A DNA stretch of 64,000 nucleotides from Nitrosopumilus sp. (GCA_965204345.1 OZ241981.1:1472001-1536000), one strand, 5' to 3'. Counted from the stretch's first letter, positions 49,169-60,136 are shown. Notes: generated by a model not told the origin, from the letters alone. A program made the numbers and translations.

Positions 49169-50722
49169 CTAGACCCCTAACACCCCATTCATGTATGGAA
49201 TGATTGTCTTTAAGAAAATATCTGGATAAATGCCAACCACTATTGAGAATCCTGCCAGTACCATCATTGGTGCCGTCATGTACCAGCTTCCCTCCCGTAC
49301 TTTTTCAAGATGTTCGGGAGTCTTTCCAAAGAATACACGTTTTAGCATCCAAAGCATGTAGGACATTGTCAGGGCAGTTGCAACAAGACCCAAACCAAAA
49401 GTTACAGCCCTTAGCGTTGAGCCTTCCTCAATGGCAGTCTCTAAAGCGCCAAAGAATAGGGGCCATTCGCCCATAAACCCACTTGTTGGTGGAACTCCCA
49501 TGATGGTTAATGCACCAATTACTGCACATACAGCAGTTATTGGCATCTTTCCTGCCAGTCCGCCTAGTTTTGAGATACTTTTAGTTCCCACCTTGACTAT
49601 GATAATTCCTGCCATCATAAACAGAATGCCTTTTCCAATTGCATGTGTTACATACATCATCTCTGCACCGGCAAGGCCAAGTACGGATATCGAGCCGATG
49701 CCAAACAGAATGTAACCCATCTGGCTAATACTAGAATAAGCAAGCAAGCGTTTTAGATCGTCTTGCATCAACGCCATGGCACCGCCATAAATCATTGTAA
49801 CGAGTCCCCAGACGTGCAACCAGATTGAAAGTTCTGCAAATGTTAGGGGTAGAAATTCTACAATTAGTCTGAAAACGCCATAGGCACCAATTCCGATCAT
49901 GGCAGGAGATAACAGTGCACTGATAGGTGTCGGTGCTGAACCGTGAACGTATGGAAGCCAAACATGGAACATAAAGACTGCAAGTTTAACCCCAAGTCCT
50001 ATTGCAATTGCAACAGCAGAATACATTGCAATATCGGCAGGGATTTCGGATTCTCGTATGTCTGCAAAGTCAAAGCTGCCAAGTGTCAGACCAATCATCA
50101 AAAAGCCCAGCAGTAAGACTACTGCACCTGCATGAGTCCAAAACAAGAACATCAGACCAATCTTTCTTCTAGGACCGTCACCCCAAAGTGCCACCAAAAA
50201 GAAACCTGGAATCAGCATGACCTCAAAGAAGATGTAAAATTCTATCAGGTTAGTCGAAAGAACTGTGCCTAGCATACCCATTGCAAAGACAAGATATAGT
50301 GCAAAGTAAAGTCCGGATTTTGCATTTACATAGCTTGTAAGGGAGGAGGATTCTACAACTGAGGTCTGTCCGCTGCCAGACGAATTAAGGTTCCTTTCTT
50401 CCTCAAACTGTTCGTGAAATTTGTGAATCATGTATGGCTTTGAGTAAATTGCCAGGATTGTTGACAACACATAAATCATTATTGCAAATGGAGAGGCTAG
50501 CCCATCTAACAAGAAACCAAACTCACCAAACTGTTCAGTCCATGGATAATGCTCTTCTACTGTTCCAGACAGGGCCGCATTAATTACAAGTATTGTCGTG
50601 TATAACAAAATGGCAAATGTAAACCACATTGCAGGTGTAGGTCCCGCCTTTCTTCCAATAACGTATGCTACTGGTGATAAAAGTAGTGGCAAGAAAACTG
50701 CCTGTAATAGCGCATATTCCAT
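49169..50722 (-). CDS. nuoM: NADH-quinone oxidoreductase subunit M
   Basis: FYIFFEVMLIP, HVWLP.VH..APT, KRLLAYSSISQMG. Confidence 0.95.
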   Translation of the reverse strand: MEYALLQAVFLPLLLSPVAYVIGRKAGPTPAMWFTFAILLYTTILVINAALSGTVEEHYPWTEQFGEFGFLLDGLASPFAIMIYVLSTILAIYSKPYMIHKFHEQFEEERNLNSSGSGQTSVVESSSLTSYVNAKSGLYFALYLVFAMGMLGTVLSTNLIEFYIFFEVMLIPGFFLVALWGDGPRRKIGLMFLFWTHAGAVVLLLGFLMIGLTLGSFDFADIRESEIPADIAMYSAVAIAIGLGVKLAVFMFHVWLPYVHGSAPTPISALLSPAMIGIGAYGVFRLIVEFLPLTFAELSIWLHVWGLVTMIYGGAMALMQDDLKRLLAYSSISQMGYILFGIGSISVLGLAGAEMMYVTHAIGKGILFMMAGIIIVKVGTKSISKLGGLAGKMPITAVCAVIGALTIMGVPPTSGFMGEWPLFFGALETAIEEGSTLRAVTFGLGLVATALTMSYMLWMLKRVFFGKTPEHLEKVREGSWYMTAPMMVLAGFSIVVGIYPDIFLKTIIPYMNGVLGV

Positions 50723-51027
50723 TATCCTTTCAAACTCCTAAAGTCTGCAATATCGACATTTTGATACATACGGTAGGCTACTATGATCAAAGACAAACCC
50801 ACTGCAACTTCTGCTGCAGCGATTGCAATTGAGAACAGTGCCATGCTTTGACCTCCACTGTGTGGCAAAAATCTGCCAAATGCAACGATATTGAGATTTG
50901 CCGCATTGATAATTATTTCAACTGCAAATAACATTCGAATGAAGTTACGCTTAACTGCAAGGCCATAAATTCCGATGCCAAGCAAAGCAACGGACACTAG
51001 TGTAAAATCAACTAACTCGTTGGTCAT
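50722..51027 (-). CDS. nuoK: NADH-quinone oxidoreductase subunit K
   Basis: RN.IRML.AVEII.NAANL, IAAAEVAVGL. Confidence 0.95.
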   Translation of the reverse strand: MTNELVDFTLVSVALLGIGIYGLAVKRNFIRMLFAVEIIINAANLNIVAFGRFLPHSGGQSMALFSIAIAAAEVAVGLSLIIVAYRMYQNVDIADFRSLKG

Positions 51028-51520
51028 TCTCCACATCCTCTCGCTTAGCTAAAACCAATGCACCGGTAACAGAGCCTGCCAAAATCAGTCCCATTAGAAT
51101 TAATGCAGGCCAATAATAGGTTACAAAGTCAGTACCAATATCCCTAAAGTCAGTAGCAGGCTCATCAGTGGTAATTGTTTTGATTCCAGAGTCCAGGAAT
51201 ACTGCGCCCAAAGATACCATCACCACAAACATTAGTCCAAGACCTGCAAACTTTCTTCGCCTGTCTTCAATTTTCTTGAAGATTAGTTCCCTTTTTACTA
51301 ACATTACGGTAAACAAAATCAGAACAGCTATGGAACCGACATAAACGGCCAATTGGAATAATGCAACAAATGGAGCATCAAGCAAAAAGAAAAACCCTGC
51401 AATACCGCCCAAAGTTCCCATCAAAGCAATGGAACCATAAATCAGTGATCTTAGTTCAAGGGCTGCAATTGCTGAACCGATTGTAATTACAGTTAATGCA
51501 AGAAATGCAGCATCAGCCAT
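51008..51520 (-). CDS. nuoJ: NADH-quinone oxidoreductase subunit J
   Basis: APFVALFQLAVYVGSIAVLILFTVML. Confidence 0.93.
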   Translation of the reverse strand: MADAAFLALTVITIGSAIAALELRSLIYGSIALMGTLGGIAGFFFLLDAPFVALFQLAVYVGSIAVLILFTVMLVKRELIFKKIEDRRRKFAGLGLMFVVMVSLGAVFLDSGIKTITTDEPATDFRDIGTDFVTYYWPALILMGLILAGSVTGALVLAKREDVENDQRVS

Positions 51521-52010
51521 GTGTTGCACCTCTATCAGATATTTGGATCTCGCTGTCCTGTGCAATGTATGGCTTGACCTGAAGTTGGGCAGGCGTGTAA
51601 ATCAAGCCTTCCTTGGAAAATGAGGATAATTCATAGTCATTAGTCATGTAAAGTGCATAAAACGGACATGCGTCAACACAAAGACCGCAGAAAACACATT
51701 TTCCGTAATCAATTTGAGGCATTATGGATTTTTTGTTTTGTTTTTGCTCTTCGGGAACCTTGACCATTGCAATTGCCTCGGCAACGCCCTCACATGCAAT
51801 TGAGCATAACTGACATCCTGTACAGTGATCATGGAATAGCATATGGCGTCCTTTCAATCCCGCAATACCCACGCCAGTTGACGGATCAAACTGGTATCCG
51901 TCGCCAACAAACTTTAGTTTTTCCTCAGGATAGCGAAGAGTAAATCGTTTTGTTGCAATATGTTTAATTCCTGAATTTAATGCACGTATGATTCCAGTTG
52001 CAGTTCCCAT
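51513..52010 (-). CDS. nuoI: NADH-quinone oxidoreductase subunit I
   Basis: CTGCQLCSIAC and CVFCGLCVDACP. Confidence 0.95.
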   Translation of the reverse strand: MGTATGIIRALNSGIKHIATKRFTLRYPEEKLKFVGDGYQFDPSTGVGIAGLKGRHMLFHDHCTGCQLCSIACEGVAEAIAMVKVPEEQKQNKKSIMPQIDYGKCVFCGLCVDACPFYALYMTNDYELSSFSKEGLIYTPAQLQVKPYIAQDSEIQISDRGATHG

Positions 52011-53308
52011 TATTGTAGCCCTCCCGGTCCTAGCACTCCAGCGTAAAGCAAACCGAGTGCAATAAAGATGTTAACGAATGCCAGTCCGATTAACTTGGTC
52101 CAGCCAAGACTTAGTAGCATGTCAATTCTAATTCTTGGGAAGACGCCTCGTGGCAGCAAGATGAAGAATATGACTGCAACAGTCTTTAGGACAAACCAAA
52201 GTGTGCCATTAAGCATTGCTTGATCAAATAACGGCAATCCTGGGAACGGTCCTACAGTAACAGGACCCATCTCAATTCCCTCAAGAAGTTCTGCTGGGAA
52301 TGGGGGAACAACCATGGGGCCATTCCAGCCGCCTAGGAAAATTACAACAAACAAGCCGGCAAACGCATACAGTTTGAGATACGTTCCTAGCTGAACAAGG
52401 CCATACATCATTCCAGATAACTCAGTTAGCCATCCGGCCACAATCTCACTCTCTGCTTCGGGCAGATCAAACGGAATTCTTTCCAACTCTGCAAGCATTG
52501 TGATAAAAAATACAATTGCACCAACTGGCAAAAATACAATCCATGGGAAGCTAGACTGGCTTGCAGCAATTTCAGACAAGTTAAGCGAGCCAGTCAACAT
52601 TACAACTCCCAATAAGGATAAAATCAACGGAATCTCAAATGAAACCATTTGGAATAGCGCCCTGATTCCGCCAATGAATGGGAACTTGCTATTTGCAGAC
52701 CAAGCAGAAAGAATTGTGATAATTGGGAAAAATCCAATAACTGCAAAGACACCAAGCAGTCCCATCTCCACATCTGCGACTACCCAGCCTGGTGCAACGG
52801 GAATAAACGCAACAAATGATGCTGCAGCAGCTACAAACAGTACAGGAGCCGCCCAGAAAATAGGCTTGTCGGCCTTTGCAGGAATGATAATTTCCTTTGA
52901 GATTAATTTCAGGCCGTCACCCATTAGTTGCAAGATGCCTTCAAACTTGCCACAGTAAAAGGGACCTACCCTTAACTGTAACTTTGCAAGCATTTTTCTC
53001 TCAACAAAGATTGTTGCAGCTGCTAGCAATGCAGCAAATCCAAATCCAGGAAATGCCATTACTCTGAACATATCAGTTGCCATAAAGGCGTGAACTATCG
53101 GAAGAACGCGTGAGGGATCTGCCAACCAGGTAAATGCAAGAAATGGCGTAAGCAGTTCACCGTCAATAACAGGCATCTCAACTACAAATAGAACCATCAT
53201 TACTGCTGGAATGCCAATCAAAACAGCTATCAAAACTATCCAAAATACATTATCAAGCAGTGATTTGATGAATTCACTTAGCTTAAAGTTTGGTGCAATA
53301 ACAGACAT
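52010..53308 (-). CDS. nuoH: NADH-quinone oxidoreductase subunit H
   Basis: ERKMLAKLQLRVGP, DGLKLISKE, RIPFDLPEAESE, PRIRID. Confidence 0.95.
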   Translation of the reverse strand: MSVIAPNFKLSEFIKSLLDNVFWIVLIAVLIGIPAVMMVLFVVEMPVIDGELLTPFLAFTWLADPSRVLPIVHAFMATDMFRVMAFPGFGFAALLAAATIFVERKMLAKLQLRVGPFYCGKFEGILQLMGDGLKLISKEIIIPAKADKPIFWAAPVLFVAAAASFVAFIPVAPGWVVADVEMGLLGVFAVIGFFPIITILSAWSANSKFPFIGGIRALFQMVSFEIPLILSLLGVVMLTGSLNLSEIAASQSSFPWIVFLPVGAIVFFITMLAELERIPFDLPEAESEIVAGWLTELSGMMYGLVQLGTYLKLYAFAGLFVVIFLGGWNGPMVVPPFPAELLEGIEMGPVTVGPFPGLPLFDQAMLNGTLWFVLKTVAVIFFILLPRGVFPRIRIDMLLSLGWTKLIGLAFVNIFIALGLLYAGVLGPGGLQ

Positions 53309-54444
53309 TATCGGTCAGCCTCCACCGGCCAGTAATTCAGACTCCAATAAACAGATGGCATGTTGCCAAGTTTTTCACCTCTGAGGAGGTTTGGCAAGGC
53401 AATGAGATTTCTAAAAGACGGCACACTCATCTTTACCCTGTATGGCTCCACCTTGCCATCAGAGACAATGTAGCAACCCAAGGAACCCCTGCCTGATTCC
53501 ACGCGTTTGTACACAGAATCAAGGCCCTTGCCTTTTGGATTTGGTTTTAGTTTGGTTCTAACAGAGCCTGACTTTGGCATTTTTTGCAATGCCTGTCTGA
53601 TGATGTTGCAGCTTTCTAACATGTCAAGCCACGGGACTTTGGATCTTGCATAAGAATCCCCTTCTTTCATCACATTGGTATGAACGTCTAGCTCATCGTA
53701 GACATCGTATGGCTCCTTTACTCTGAGATCATAATCCACACCGCTGGCACGTAATACAGAGCCGGTGGTACCGTATCTAATTGCATCCTGCCTTGACAGA
53801 ATTCCGGTATCTCTGGTTCTTGAAATCAGAATGGGATTGTCATAAAATACCGCAGCATACTCTTTGATACGCTTCTCAAAATAGTTGACCTGACGCAGGC
53901 AGACATCCTCAAAGTTTGGAGGCAAATCATTTCTGACTCCGCCTGGAATAAAGTGGGCATGTGTTACCCTGGCACCGGTCATCTTTTCCATAAGATCAAT
54001 TAAGAGCTCACGATCACCGGCAGGCCACATAAACATAGTCGAGTGTCCCAAGAAGATTCCATAGATTGCGAGCCAGTACATGATGTAGATACATCGGTTT
54101 AGTTCAGATGCAATGACTCTAACGTATTTTGCACGCTCTGGAACTTCTATCCCAAGCAGCTCTTCTGCGCCCAAGACATATGGATAAAGCACATTACACG
54201 AATCATGAATTACCGGTCTTTCCAAATGGGGGATATTTAGAATATAATTTCTGTACTCTGCCATCTTTTCTTCTCCACGATGGACATATCCTGGATCTGG
54301 ATCACATGCAACAATATAATCACCGTCAATCTGTACAACAATTCTCATATGGCCAGAACCTGGATGCTGCGGTCCGACGTTGAGAGTCATTATTCTTTCA
54401 TCGACTTTTTGGAGTGCCAATCCGGGTGGTAAATTCATAGTCAT
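53308..54444 (-). CDS. nuoD: NADH-quinone oxidoreductase subunit D
   Basis: NVGPQHP, GYVHRGEEK, LRASGVDYDLR, EADR. Confidence 0.95.
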   Translation of the reverse strand: MTMNLPPGLALQKVDERIMTLNVGPQHPGSGHMRIVVQIDGDYIVACDPDPGYVHRGEEKMAEYRNYILNIPHLERPVIHDSCNVLYPYVLGAEELLGIEVPERAKYVRVIASELNRCIYIMYWLAIYGIFLGHSTMFMWPAGDRELLIDLMEKMTGARVTHAHFIPGGVRNDLPPNFEDVCLRQVNYFEKRIKEYAAVFYDNPILISRTRDTGILSRQDAIRYGTTGSVLRASGVDYDLRVKEPYDVYDELDVHTNVMKEGDSYARSKVPWLDMLESCNIIRQALQKMPKSGSVRTKLKPNPKGKGLDSVYKRVESGRGSLGCYIVSDGKVEPYRVKMSVPSFRNLIALPNLLRGEKLGNMPSVYWSLNYWPVEADR

Positions 54445-54446
54445 CT

Positions 54447-55046
54447 CTATCTGCCCTTTATTGCAAAGTCCTTTCTAAGCGGTGGTAAATCTGCCCAGTC
54501 TTCTGGCAAGAGCAGTCGTCTGTTGTCAGGATGGCCTTCAAAGTACACGCCTAACATCTCAAAAACTTCTCTTTCATGAAATTCTACACTGTAAAATACG
54601 TCCCTAAGGGTTGGAAGTTTGGTGGCATCATTTCCGGGAATTGGATTTGTCTCTCTTTGTGCCCTTGTAGCCAAAACTAGAATCTGTCTTGCTAATGAGG
54701 AATCAGTGTATGATCCTATGTGGTACACAACCTCAATTTCGTTATCTGCAGGATAATCTACACCTGATACAGATTCAACATGGTCATAATTTAGTCCGTC
54801 ACGAATGAACTCGGCAACATCGTGAACATCTTCCCTGCTTACGTTAATTCTGACTCTGTCCTCTTTTACAAATCCCACTTTGACTTTATCACCAAATTTT
54901 TCAACAATTTTCTCAGAAATCCCCTTTTCAAACGCAGGTAACTCCACAGGAGGCGCTTCGGGTTTCTTTGGCGCAGGTTTGGGTGGAGGCGGCGCTTTTA
55001 CTTCAGGCTTGGCATCTGCAGGAGGATTTTCTGTTTTAGTACTCAT
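54447..55046 (-). CDS. nuoC: NADH-quinone oxidoreductase subunit C
   Basis: HEREVFEMLGVYFEGHPDNRRLLLPEDW..PLRKDF. Confidence 0.95.
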   Translation of the reverse strand: MSTKTENPPADAKPEVKAPPPPKPAPKKPEAPPVELPAFEKGISEKIVEKFGDKVKVGFVKEDRVRINVSREDVHDVAEFIRDGLNYDHVESVSGVDYPADNEIEVVYHIGSYTDSSLARQILVLATRAQRETNPIPGNDATKLPTLRDVFYSVEFHEREVFEMLGVYFEGHPDNRRLLLPEDWADLPPLRKDFAIKGR

Positions 55047-55570
55047 TATACAAACTTCCTAGCCTTCATTCTCTTGATCTTTTCTTGCAATAGCATACAT
55101 CCTTGGATGAGAGTTTCAGGTCTAGGTGGGCAACCCGGAACATAGACATCAACTGGAATAACTCCGTCAATTCCCGGAAGTACGTTGTACGAATCAAAAT
55201 ACAAGCCTCCAGTAATTGCACAAGCTCCCATGGCAATCACATACTTTGGTTCTGGCATTTGATCATAAACTAGCCTGAGACGTGGCGCCATTTTTCTTGT
55301 AATGGTTCCCTGAACAACTACAAGATCACATTGTCTAAGTGAACCAAACGCTTCGATGATACCAAATCTTTCAACATCATATCGCGGACTAGATGCTGCA
55401 CCAAATTCTACACTGCAGCAAGCTGTTTCAATGTGGACAGGCCAGAGCGACCAAATTCTACCCCAGTTAATGGCATAGCCCAATGGTTTATCAATTGCTT
55501 TTTCTAAAATGTCTCCTAGCTTTCCTACAAAGACATTTGCATTTTCTGGTGTTACCAAATCTTTGAGCAA
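55046..55570 (-). CDS. nuoB: NADH-quinone oxidoreductase subunit B
   Basis: TACCSVE, QMPEPKYVIAMGAC, VPGCPPRPE. Confidence 0.96.
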   Translation of the reverse strand: MLKDLVTPENANVFVGKLGDILEKAIDKPLGYAINWGRIWSLWPVHIETACCSVEFGAASSPRYDVERFGIIEAFGSLRQCDLVVVQGTITRKMAPRLRLVYDQMPEPKYVIAMGACAITGGLYFDSYNVLPGIDGVIPVDVYVPGCPPRPETLIQGCMLLQEKIKRMKARKFV

Positions 55571-55610
55571 TCTTATCCCCTATCCTCGTAAATGCCATTT
55601 ATATAAAAAA

Positions 55611-55985
55611 CTACCATATCCTTCTTCTCCCTGACTGATATAATGCAAATGCCATTGCACCAAACATAATTGCCAAGAATCCCATCATTGGCAGGGTTGC
55701 CATCTTTGGAATCTCTAGGAGGGCACTCCCCCATGCATACAAGAAAATTGCCATGACATCAAATACGACAAACATGAGAATATACGGGTAATACTGCATC
55801 ATAAAATGGGTCCTTCCCTCTCCTGTTGGGACTTGGCCACATTCCATTGGCAAAAATTTTACCGGATTGCTTCGTTTTCGGGGAGAGATCATTCTTGAAA
55901 TAACCAGAGCTGGAGCCATAGCTACTATACCAAACGCAAACATCAACACAACGGTACTATAATTGCCCGCTAATTCCCCGACCAA
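55611..55985 (-). CDS. nuoA: NADH-quinone oxidoreductase subunit A
   Basis: PMECGQ, QYY..ILMFVVFDV; first gene of the operon. Confidence 0.93.
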   Translation of the reverse strand: MVGELAGNYSTVVLMFAFGIVAMAPALVISRMISPRKRSNPVKFLPMECGQVPTGEGRTHFMMQYYPYILMFVVFDVMAIFLYAWGSALLEIPKMATLPMMGFLAIMFGAMAFALYQSGRRRIW

Positions 55986-56098
55986 TTTAGCTTTTCACCC
56001 TAATTTTTGTATAAAAAGGTATGTTTCGTTTTTAGATCAAAATCTGAAAAAAATCATTTTTGAAAAGGACTTAATAGGATAACATCAGCAATGCGATC

Positions 56099-56563
56099 AT
56101 GTCACTAAATGTAGGGGATGCCGCTCCGGGATTTGAGCTTCCAGATACCGAATTGAAATTACGGACTCTGGATGAATTTAAAGGCGGAAAAATCGTCCTG
56201 TCATTTATAGTCGCAGCAAGTTCCCCTGTATGTGAGGCAGAACTTTGTACGTTTAGGGATTCTTGGAAAGAAATTTCAGACACGGGTGCCAAAGTGATTG
56301 CAATCAGCAATGACGGCCCTTTTGCAAACAAGGCATTTGCAGAAAAACACAGCTTTAACTTTCCATTATTGGGCGATTATACAAGTAAAACAATTCGGGA
56401 CTATGGTATCTTGATGCCTGACTTGCTTCACATCAAAGACTACAATGCAGCAAAGCGTTCTGTATTCATAGTTAACGAGGATGGAAAAATTGGTTACAAA
56501 TGGGTTTCAGAGGATCCATTAAAAGAACCAGATTATGACGAAATTAAAAATTTCTTAAAATAA
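56099..56563 (+). CDS. Peroxiredoxin (BCP/AhpC-TSA family)
   Basis: GDAAPGFELPD, SPVCEAELC, FPLLGD, KRSVFIV. Confidence 0.9.
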   Translation: MSLNVGDAAPGFELPDTELKLRTLDEFKGGKIVLSFIVAASSPVCEAELCTFRDSWKEISDTGAKVIAISNDGPFANKAFAEKHSFNFPLLGDYTSKTIRDYGILMPDLLHIKDYNAAKRSVFIVNEDGKIGYKWVSEDPLKEPDYDEIKNFLK

Positions 56564-56575
56564 AAGACAAAAACC

Positions 56576-57085
56576 TTATTCCAGGTCGGTAATGACGTCA
56601 CCCTTGGCGACAGTTACACCTTCCTTGATTTTGAGATTTCTAACAACGCCATCCTTGTGTGCTTTTACTGCAACTTGCATCTTCATGGATTCCAAAGTAC
56701 AGACAACATCCCCCTTTTTGACTGAGTCATCCTCGGCAACTGCAATGGATACAACTTTGCCTGGAATCTGACTTTTTAGTGCCAGTTGGGCGCTACTAGT
56801 ACCGCCGCCGGAGTTTTTGAAGACAATCTCATCAAAATGCGTGTTCATGTTTAGCGTAATTGGAACATGATCAACTACAAGATTCATCTGATTGGTCAGG
56901 GTTTGAAGATATTTTGCCTTGTGATACTGCTGGTCTAGGATAAATTCGATTCCCCCTGCATCCATGTTGATAATTCTTAGCTGATGTTCCTTGTCGTTTA
57001 TCCTAATTACGTAATCATTGTTGCCCAAGTTTTCAACAATTCTCCCCTCAAATGATTTCTCAGCATCAGATATCTTATAGTCCAT
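56576..57085 (-). CDS. Biotin carboxyl carrier subunit of acetyl/propionyl-CoA carboxylase
   Basis: LESMKMQ biotinylation motif. Confidence 0.93.
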   Translation of the reverse strand: MDYKISDAEKSFEGRIVENLGNNDYVIRINDKEHQLRIINMDAGGIEFILDQQYHKAKYLQTLTNQMNLVVDHVPITLNMNTHFDEIVFKNSGGGTSSAQLALKSQIPGKVVSIAVAEDDSVKKGDVVCTLESMKMQVAVKAHKDGVVRNLKIKEGVTVAKGDVITDLE

Positions 57086-57091
57086 CAATCA

Positions 57092-58582
57092 TCAATCCAG
57101 TTTGTTTTTCCACGTTGCAGCAGTACCGGTACTGCTGTTTTGAACTCTGTCTTTAAAGTATTCAGAATAAATTACGGCTGCAGCCACTGCTGCCTTGCCC
57201 TTCTCCTCCCTTTCCCTCTTGAGATCCCCCGATAACCTGTTAATCATATCGTAACGCTTCAAAAAGTCAGTTGAAAGTTCTCCCTTTTTGTATTCCTCAG
57301 AGCTTAGAATTGTTTTGTAAAGGGGAATGGATGTCTCTACGCCCTGAACGTACATGTCATTTAATGCAGTAAGCATCCTTGTTCTGGATTCCTCAAATGT
57401 TGGTCCCCATGTACAGAGTTTTGCCATCAACGAATCATAAAATGGGGATACTGTGCACCCTGGATAAAGATACGTGTCACATCTGACGTTTGGTCCTGCA
57501 GGAATGGTTACGTCCGGAACAGGTCCCGTTGAAGGTGCAAAGTCCAAAAATGTATCTTCTGCATTGATCCTGCACTCGATGGCATATCCGTTCATCTTTA
57601 GATCTTTTTGTTTGAATGGAAGCGGTTCCCCATTTGCAATATCAATTTGCAGTTTAACAAAGTCCAACCCCGAGACCATCTCACTGATGGGATGCTCTAC
57701 CTGGAGCCTTGCGTTAATCTCAATGAAATAAAATTCCCCAGAATCTGCTCTTAGGAATTCTGCCGTGCCAAGATTGGTATAATCAACGGCGTTTGCTGCC
57801 TTGACAACCAATTCGCCAATCTCTTCTCTTTTTGCTTCATCGACTACGGGAGACGGGGTCTGTTCAATTAATTTTTGATTCCGTCGTTGAATGGAGCATT
57901 CCCTCTCAAAGAGATGCACTGCGTTTCCGTGATGATCCCTGCACATTTGGTACTCTATGTGCCTTGTCTTTTCCAGGAATTTTTCAACAATGATTGCAGA
58001 TTTTCCAACAGCGGCAATGGATTCAGATGTTACTGTTTTAAAGCCCTCCTGCAGTTCCTTGTCAGTAGTAACTAGCCTGATTCCACGACCTCCGCCGCCA
58101 TAGACTGATTTTAAAAGTACGGGATAACCTATCTCATTTGCAATTTTTTCTGCCTCGTCTGCATCCTTTACCAGCCCCGGACTTCCGGGTACTGTTGGAA
58201 CTTGGGCTTTTAGCATTGCAGCTTTGCATTCCATCTTGTCGCCGCACAGGTTCATAGAGTCCGCAGAAGGCCCGATGAAATTGATCTTATTTTTTTCACA
58301 CAGTCTTGCAAAGTCGTCATTTTCAGAAAGAAAGCCATATCCTGGATGTATGGCATCTGCGCCTGCAGATAACATAACCTGAAGAATCTTTTCTTGGTTT
58401 AGATATGACTTTGCAGGAGCTGCCTCTCCAATATGATAAGACTCGTCGGCTTTCTTAACATGCAACGAGTTGTAATCCTCATCAGAATATACTGCAACAG
58501 TCTTGATTCCCAGCGCATTGCATGTTCTGATTACCCTAAGAGCAATCTCCCCTCTGTTTGCGATTAGTACCTTTTCAATCAT
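57092..58582 (-). CDS. accC: Biotin carboxylase subunit of acetyl/propionyl-CoA carboxylase
   Basis: IANRGEIA, HPGYGFLSEN, GGGGRG, ERECSIQRRNQK, EINARLQVEH. Confidence 0.96.
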   Translation of the reverse strand: MIEKVLIANRGEIALRVIRTCNALGIKTVAVYSDEDYNSLHVKKADESYHIGEAAPAKSYLNQEKILQVMLSAGADAIHPGYGFLSENDDFARLCEKNKINFIGPSADSMNLCGDKMECKAAMLKAQVPTVPGSPGLVKDADEAEKIANEIGYPVLLKSVYGGGGRGIRLVTTDKELQEGFKTVTSESIAAVGKSAIIVEKFLEKTRHIEYQMCRDHHGNAVHLFERECSIQRRNQKLIEQTPSPVVDEAKREEIGELVVKAANAVDYTNLGTAEFLRADSGEFYFIEINARLQVEHPISEMVSGLDFVKLQIDIANGEPLPFKQKDLKMNGYAIECRINAEDTFLDFAPSTGPVPDVTIPAGPNVRCDTYLYPGCTVSPFYDSLMAKLCTWGPTFEESRTRMLTALNDMYVQGVETSIPLYKTILSSEEYKKGELSTDFLKRYDMINRLSGDLKREREEKGKAAVAAAVIYSEYFKDRVQNSSTGTAATWKNKLD

Positions 58583-58588
58583 GCCTGA

Positions 58589-60136
58589 TCACAAATTGAT
58601 ATTTCCATGTTTGCGCGGAAGTTGTTTTTCTCGTTTGTTTGCAAGCATTTCAAGTGCCTTTATCAGCATAGGTCTTGTTTGAGCAGGATCAATGACATTA
58701 TCTACGGTTCCATGAGAGGCTGCAACATAAGGATTTTCAAATTTTTCTGCAAACTCGTCAATTAACTGCTTTTTTAGCGATTCAGGATCATCTGCTGCCT
58801 CTATCTCTTTTCTGGACATGATTTTGACGGCAGCTTCTCCGCCTAGTACGGCACATCTTGCAGTTGGCCAGGCATAATTGACATCAGTTCTGAGATTTTT
58901 GCTTCCCATTGCAATGTATGCACCGCCATATGCCTTTCCAATTACCAAGGTTATTCGAGGAACGGTTGCCTCACAATACGCATAAAGCAGTTTGCTGCCA
59001 TGTCTGATGATTCCGTTATGCTCTTGGTTTGAACCCGGCATGTATCCGGGAGTATCTACCAAAGTGATTATTGGAATGTTAAAGGAATCACAAAACCTGA
59101 TAAAACGCGCCGCCTTGTTTGACGAATCAATGTCAAGCGCACCGGCAAGATGCATTGGGTTGTTGGCAATAATTCCTACTACCTGTCCGTTCATTCTTCC
59201 GTAACCCACTACAACATTTGGCGCAAAGAGTTCGTGTACTTCAAAGAATTCATGACTGTCTACAATCGAATTGATGATCTCCTTCATGTCATAAGGCTGT
59301 AAGGGATTTTCAGGAATAATGTTGATGAGACTGTGATCCAATCTGTTTGGATCATCGTCATTTTTGGTTTTTGGCGGCTGTTCGGTGTTGTTTTGCGGAA
59401 GAAATGAGATTAATTTTTTTATGTAATCCATACACTCGTATTCGTTTTGTGCAACAAAATGTGCAACGCCACTCTTTGAACCATGCGTCATTGCCCCGCC
59501 AAGATCATCAAATGAAATTTCCTCACCTAGCACAGTCTTTACTACATCGGGGCCTGTAACAAACATGGTTCCCACTTTTTCTACCATGATGACAAAGTCA
59601 GTCATTGCAGGAGAATAAACAGAACCGCCTGCAGAGGGTCCAATGCTTGCAGTAATTTGTGGGACGACTCCAGAAGCTAATTGATTGTGATAAAAGATGT
59701 CTGCAAATCCGTCAAGACTCATTATGCCTTCTTGGATTCTAGCTCCGCCAGAATCCATAATTCCAATTATTGGACACCCGGTTCTGACTGCATGATCCAT
59801 CAGTTTGGTAATCTTTTTGGCACCCATCTGACTTAGGGTTCCACCCAGCACGGTAAAATCATAGGCAAAAACAAAGATCTGTCTTCCATTGACGCTTCCA
59901 TAGCCGCAAACCACGCCATCACTATAGAATTTTTTCTTCTGCATGTCATATTCGTGGTAATGATGCGTAGTCAATGGATCAATTTCAGTAAACGTGCCCT
60001 CATCAAGCAAAAGATTGATTCTCTCACGGGCAGTCAGTTTTCCCTTGTCATGCTGGGCCTTGATTCGATCTTGGCCCCCGCCTTGTAGTGCGATGTTGTT
60101 TTTTTTGGTATATTCTTCAATCTTTTCAGAATGCAC
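58589..60136 (-). CDS. pccB: Carboxyltransferase subunit of acetyl/propionyl-CoA carboxylase (3-HP/4-HB cycle; thaumarchaeal accA/pccB marker)
   Basis: QHDKGKLTARERI, DSGGARIQEG, AYGGAY, RKHGNINL; GTG start at 60136 (MHSEKI). Confidence 0.95.
   Translation of the reverse strand: MHSEKIEEYTKKNNIALQGGGQDRIKAQHDKGKLTARERINLLLDEGTFTEIDPLTTHHYHEYDMQKKKFYSDGVVCGYGSVNGRQIFVFAYDFTVLGGTLSQMGAKKITKLMDHAVRTGCPIIGIMDSGGARIQEGIMSLDGFADIFYHNQLASGVVPQITASIGPSAGGSVYSPAMTDFVIMVEKVGTMFVTGPDVVKTVLGEEISFDDLGGAMTHGSKSGVAHFVAQNEYECMDYIKKLISFLPQNNTEQPPKTKNDDDPNRLDHSLINIIPENPLQPYDMKEIINSIVDSHEFFEVHELFAPNVVVGYGRMNGQVVGIIANNPMHLAGALDIDSSNKAARFIRFCDSFNIPIITLVDTPGYMPGSNQEHNGIIRHGSKLLYAYCEATVPRITLVIGKAYGGAYIAMGSKNLRTDVNYAWPTARCAVLGGEAAVKIMSRKEIEAADDPESLKKQLIDEFAEKFENPYVAASHGTVDNVIDPAQTRPMLIKALEMLANKREKQLPRKHGNINL

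Noticed and set aside
45584-55985. Complex I lacking nuoEFG and with M before L
   Set aside because: Standard 11-subunit arrangement in ammonia-oxidising archaea
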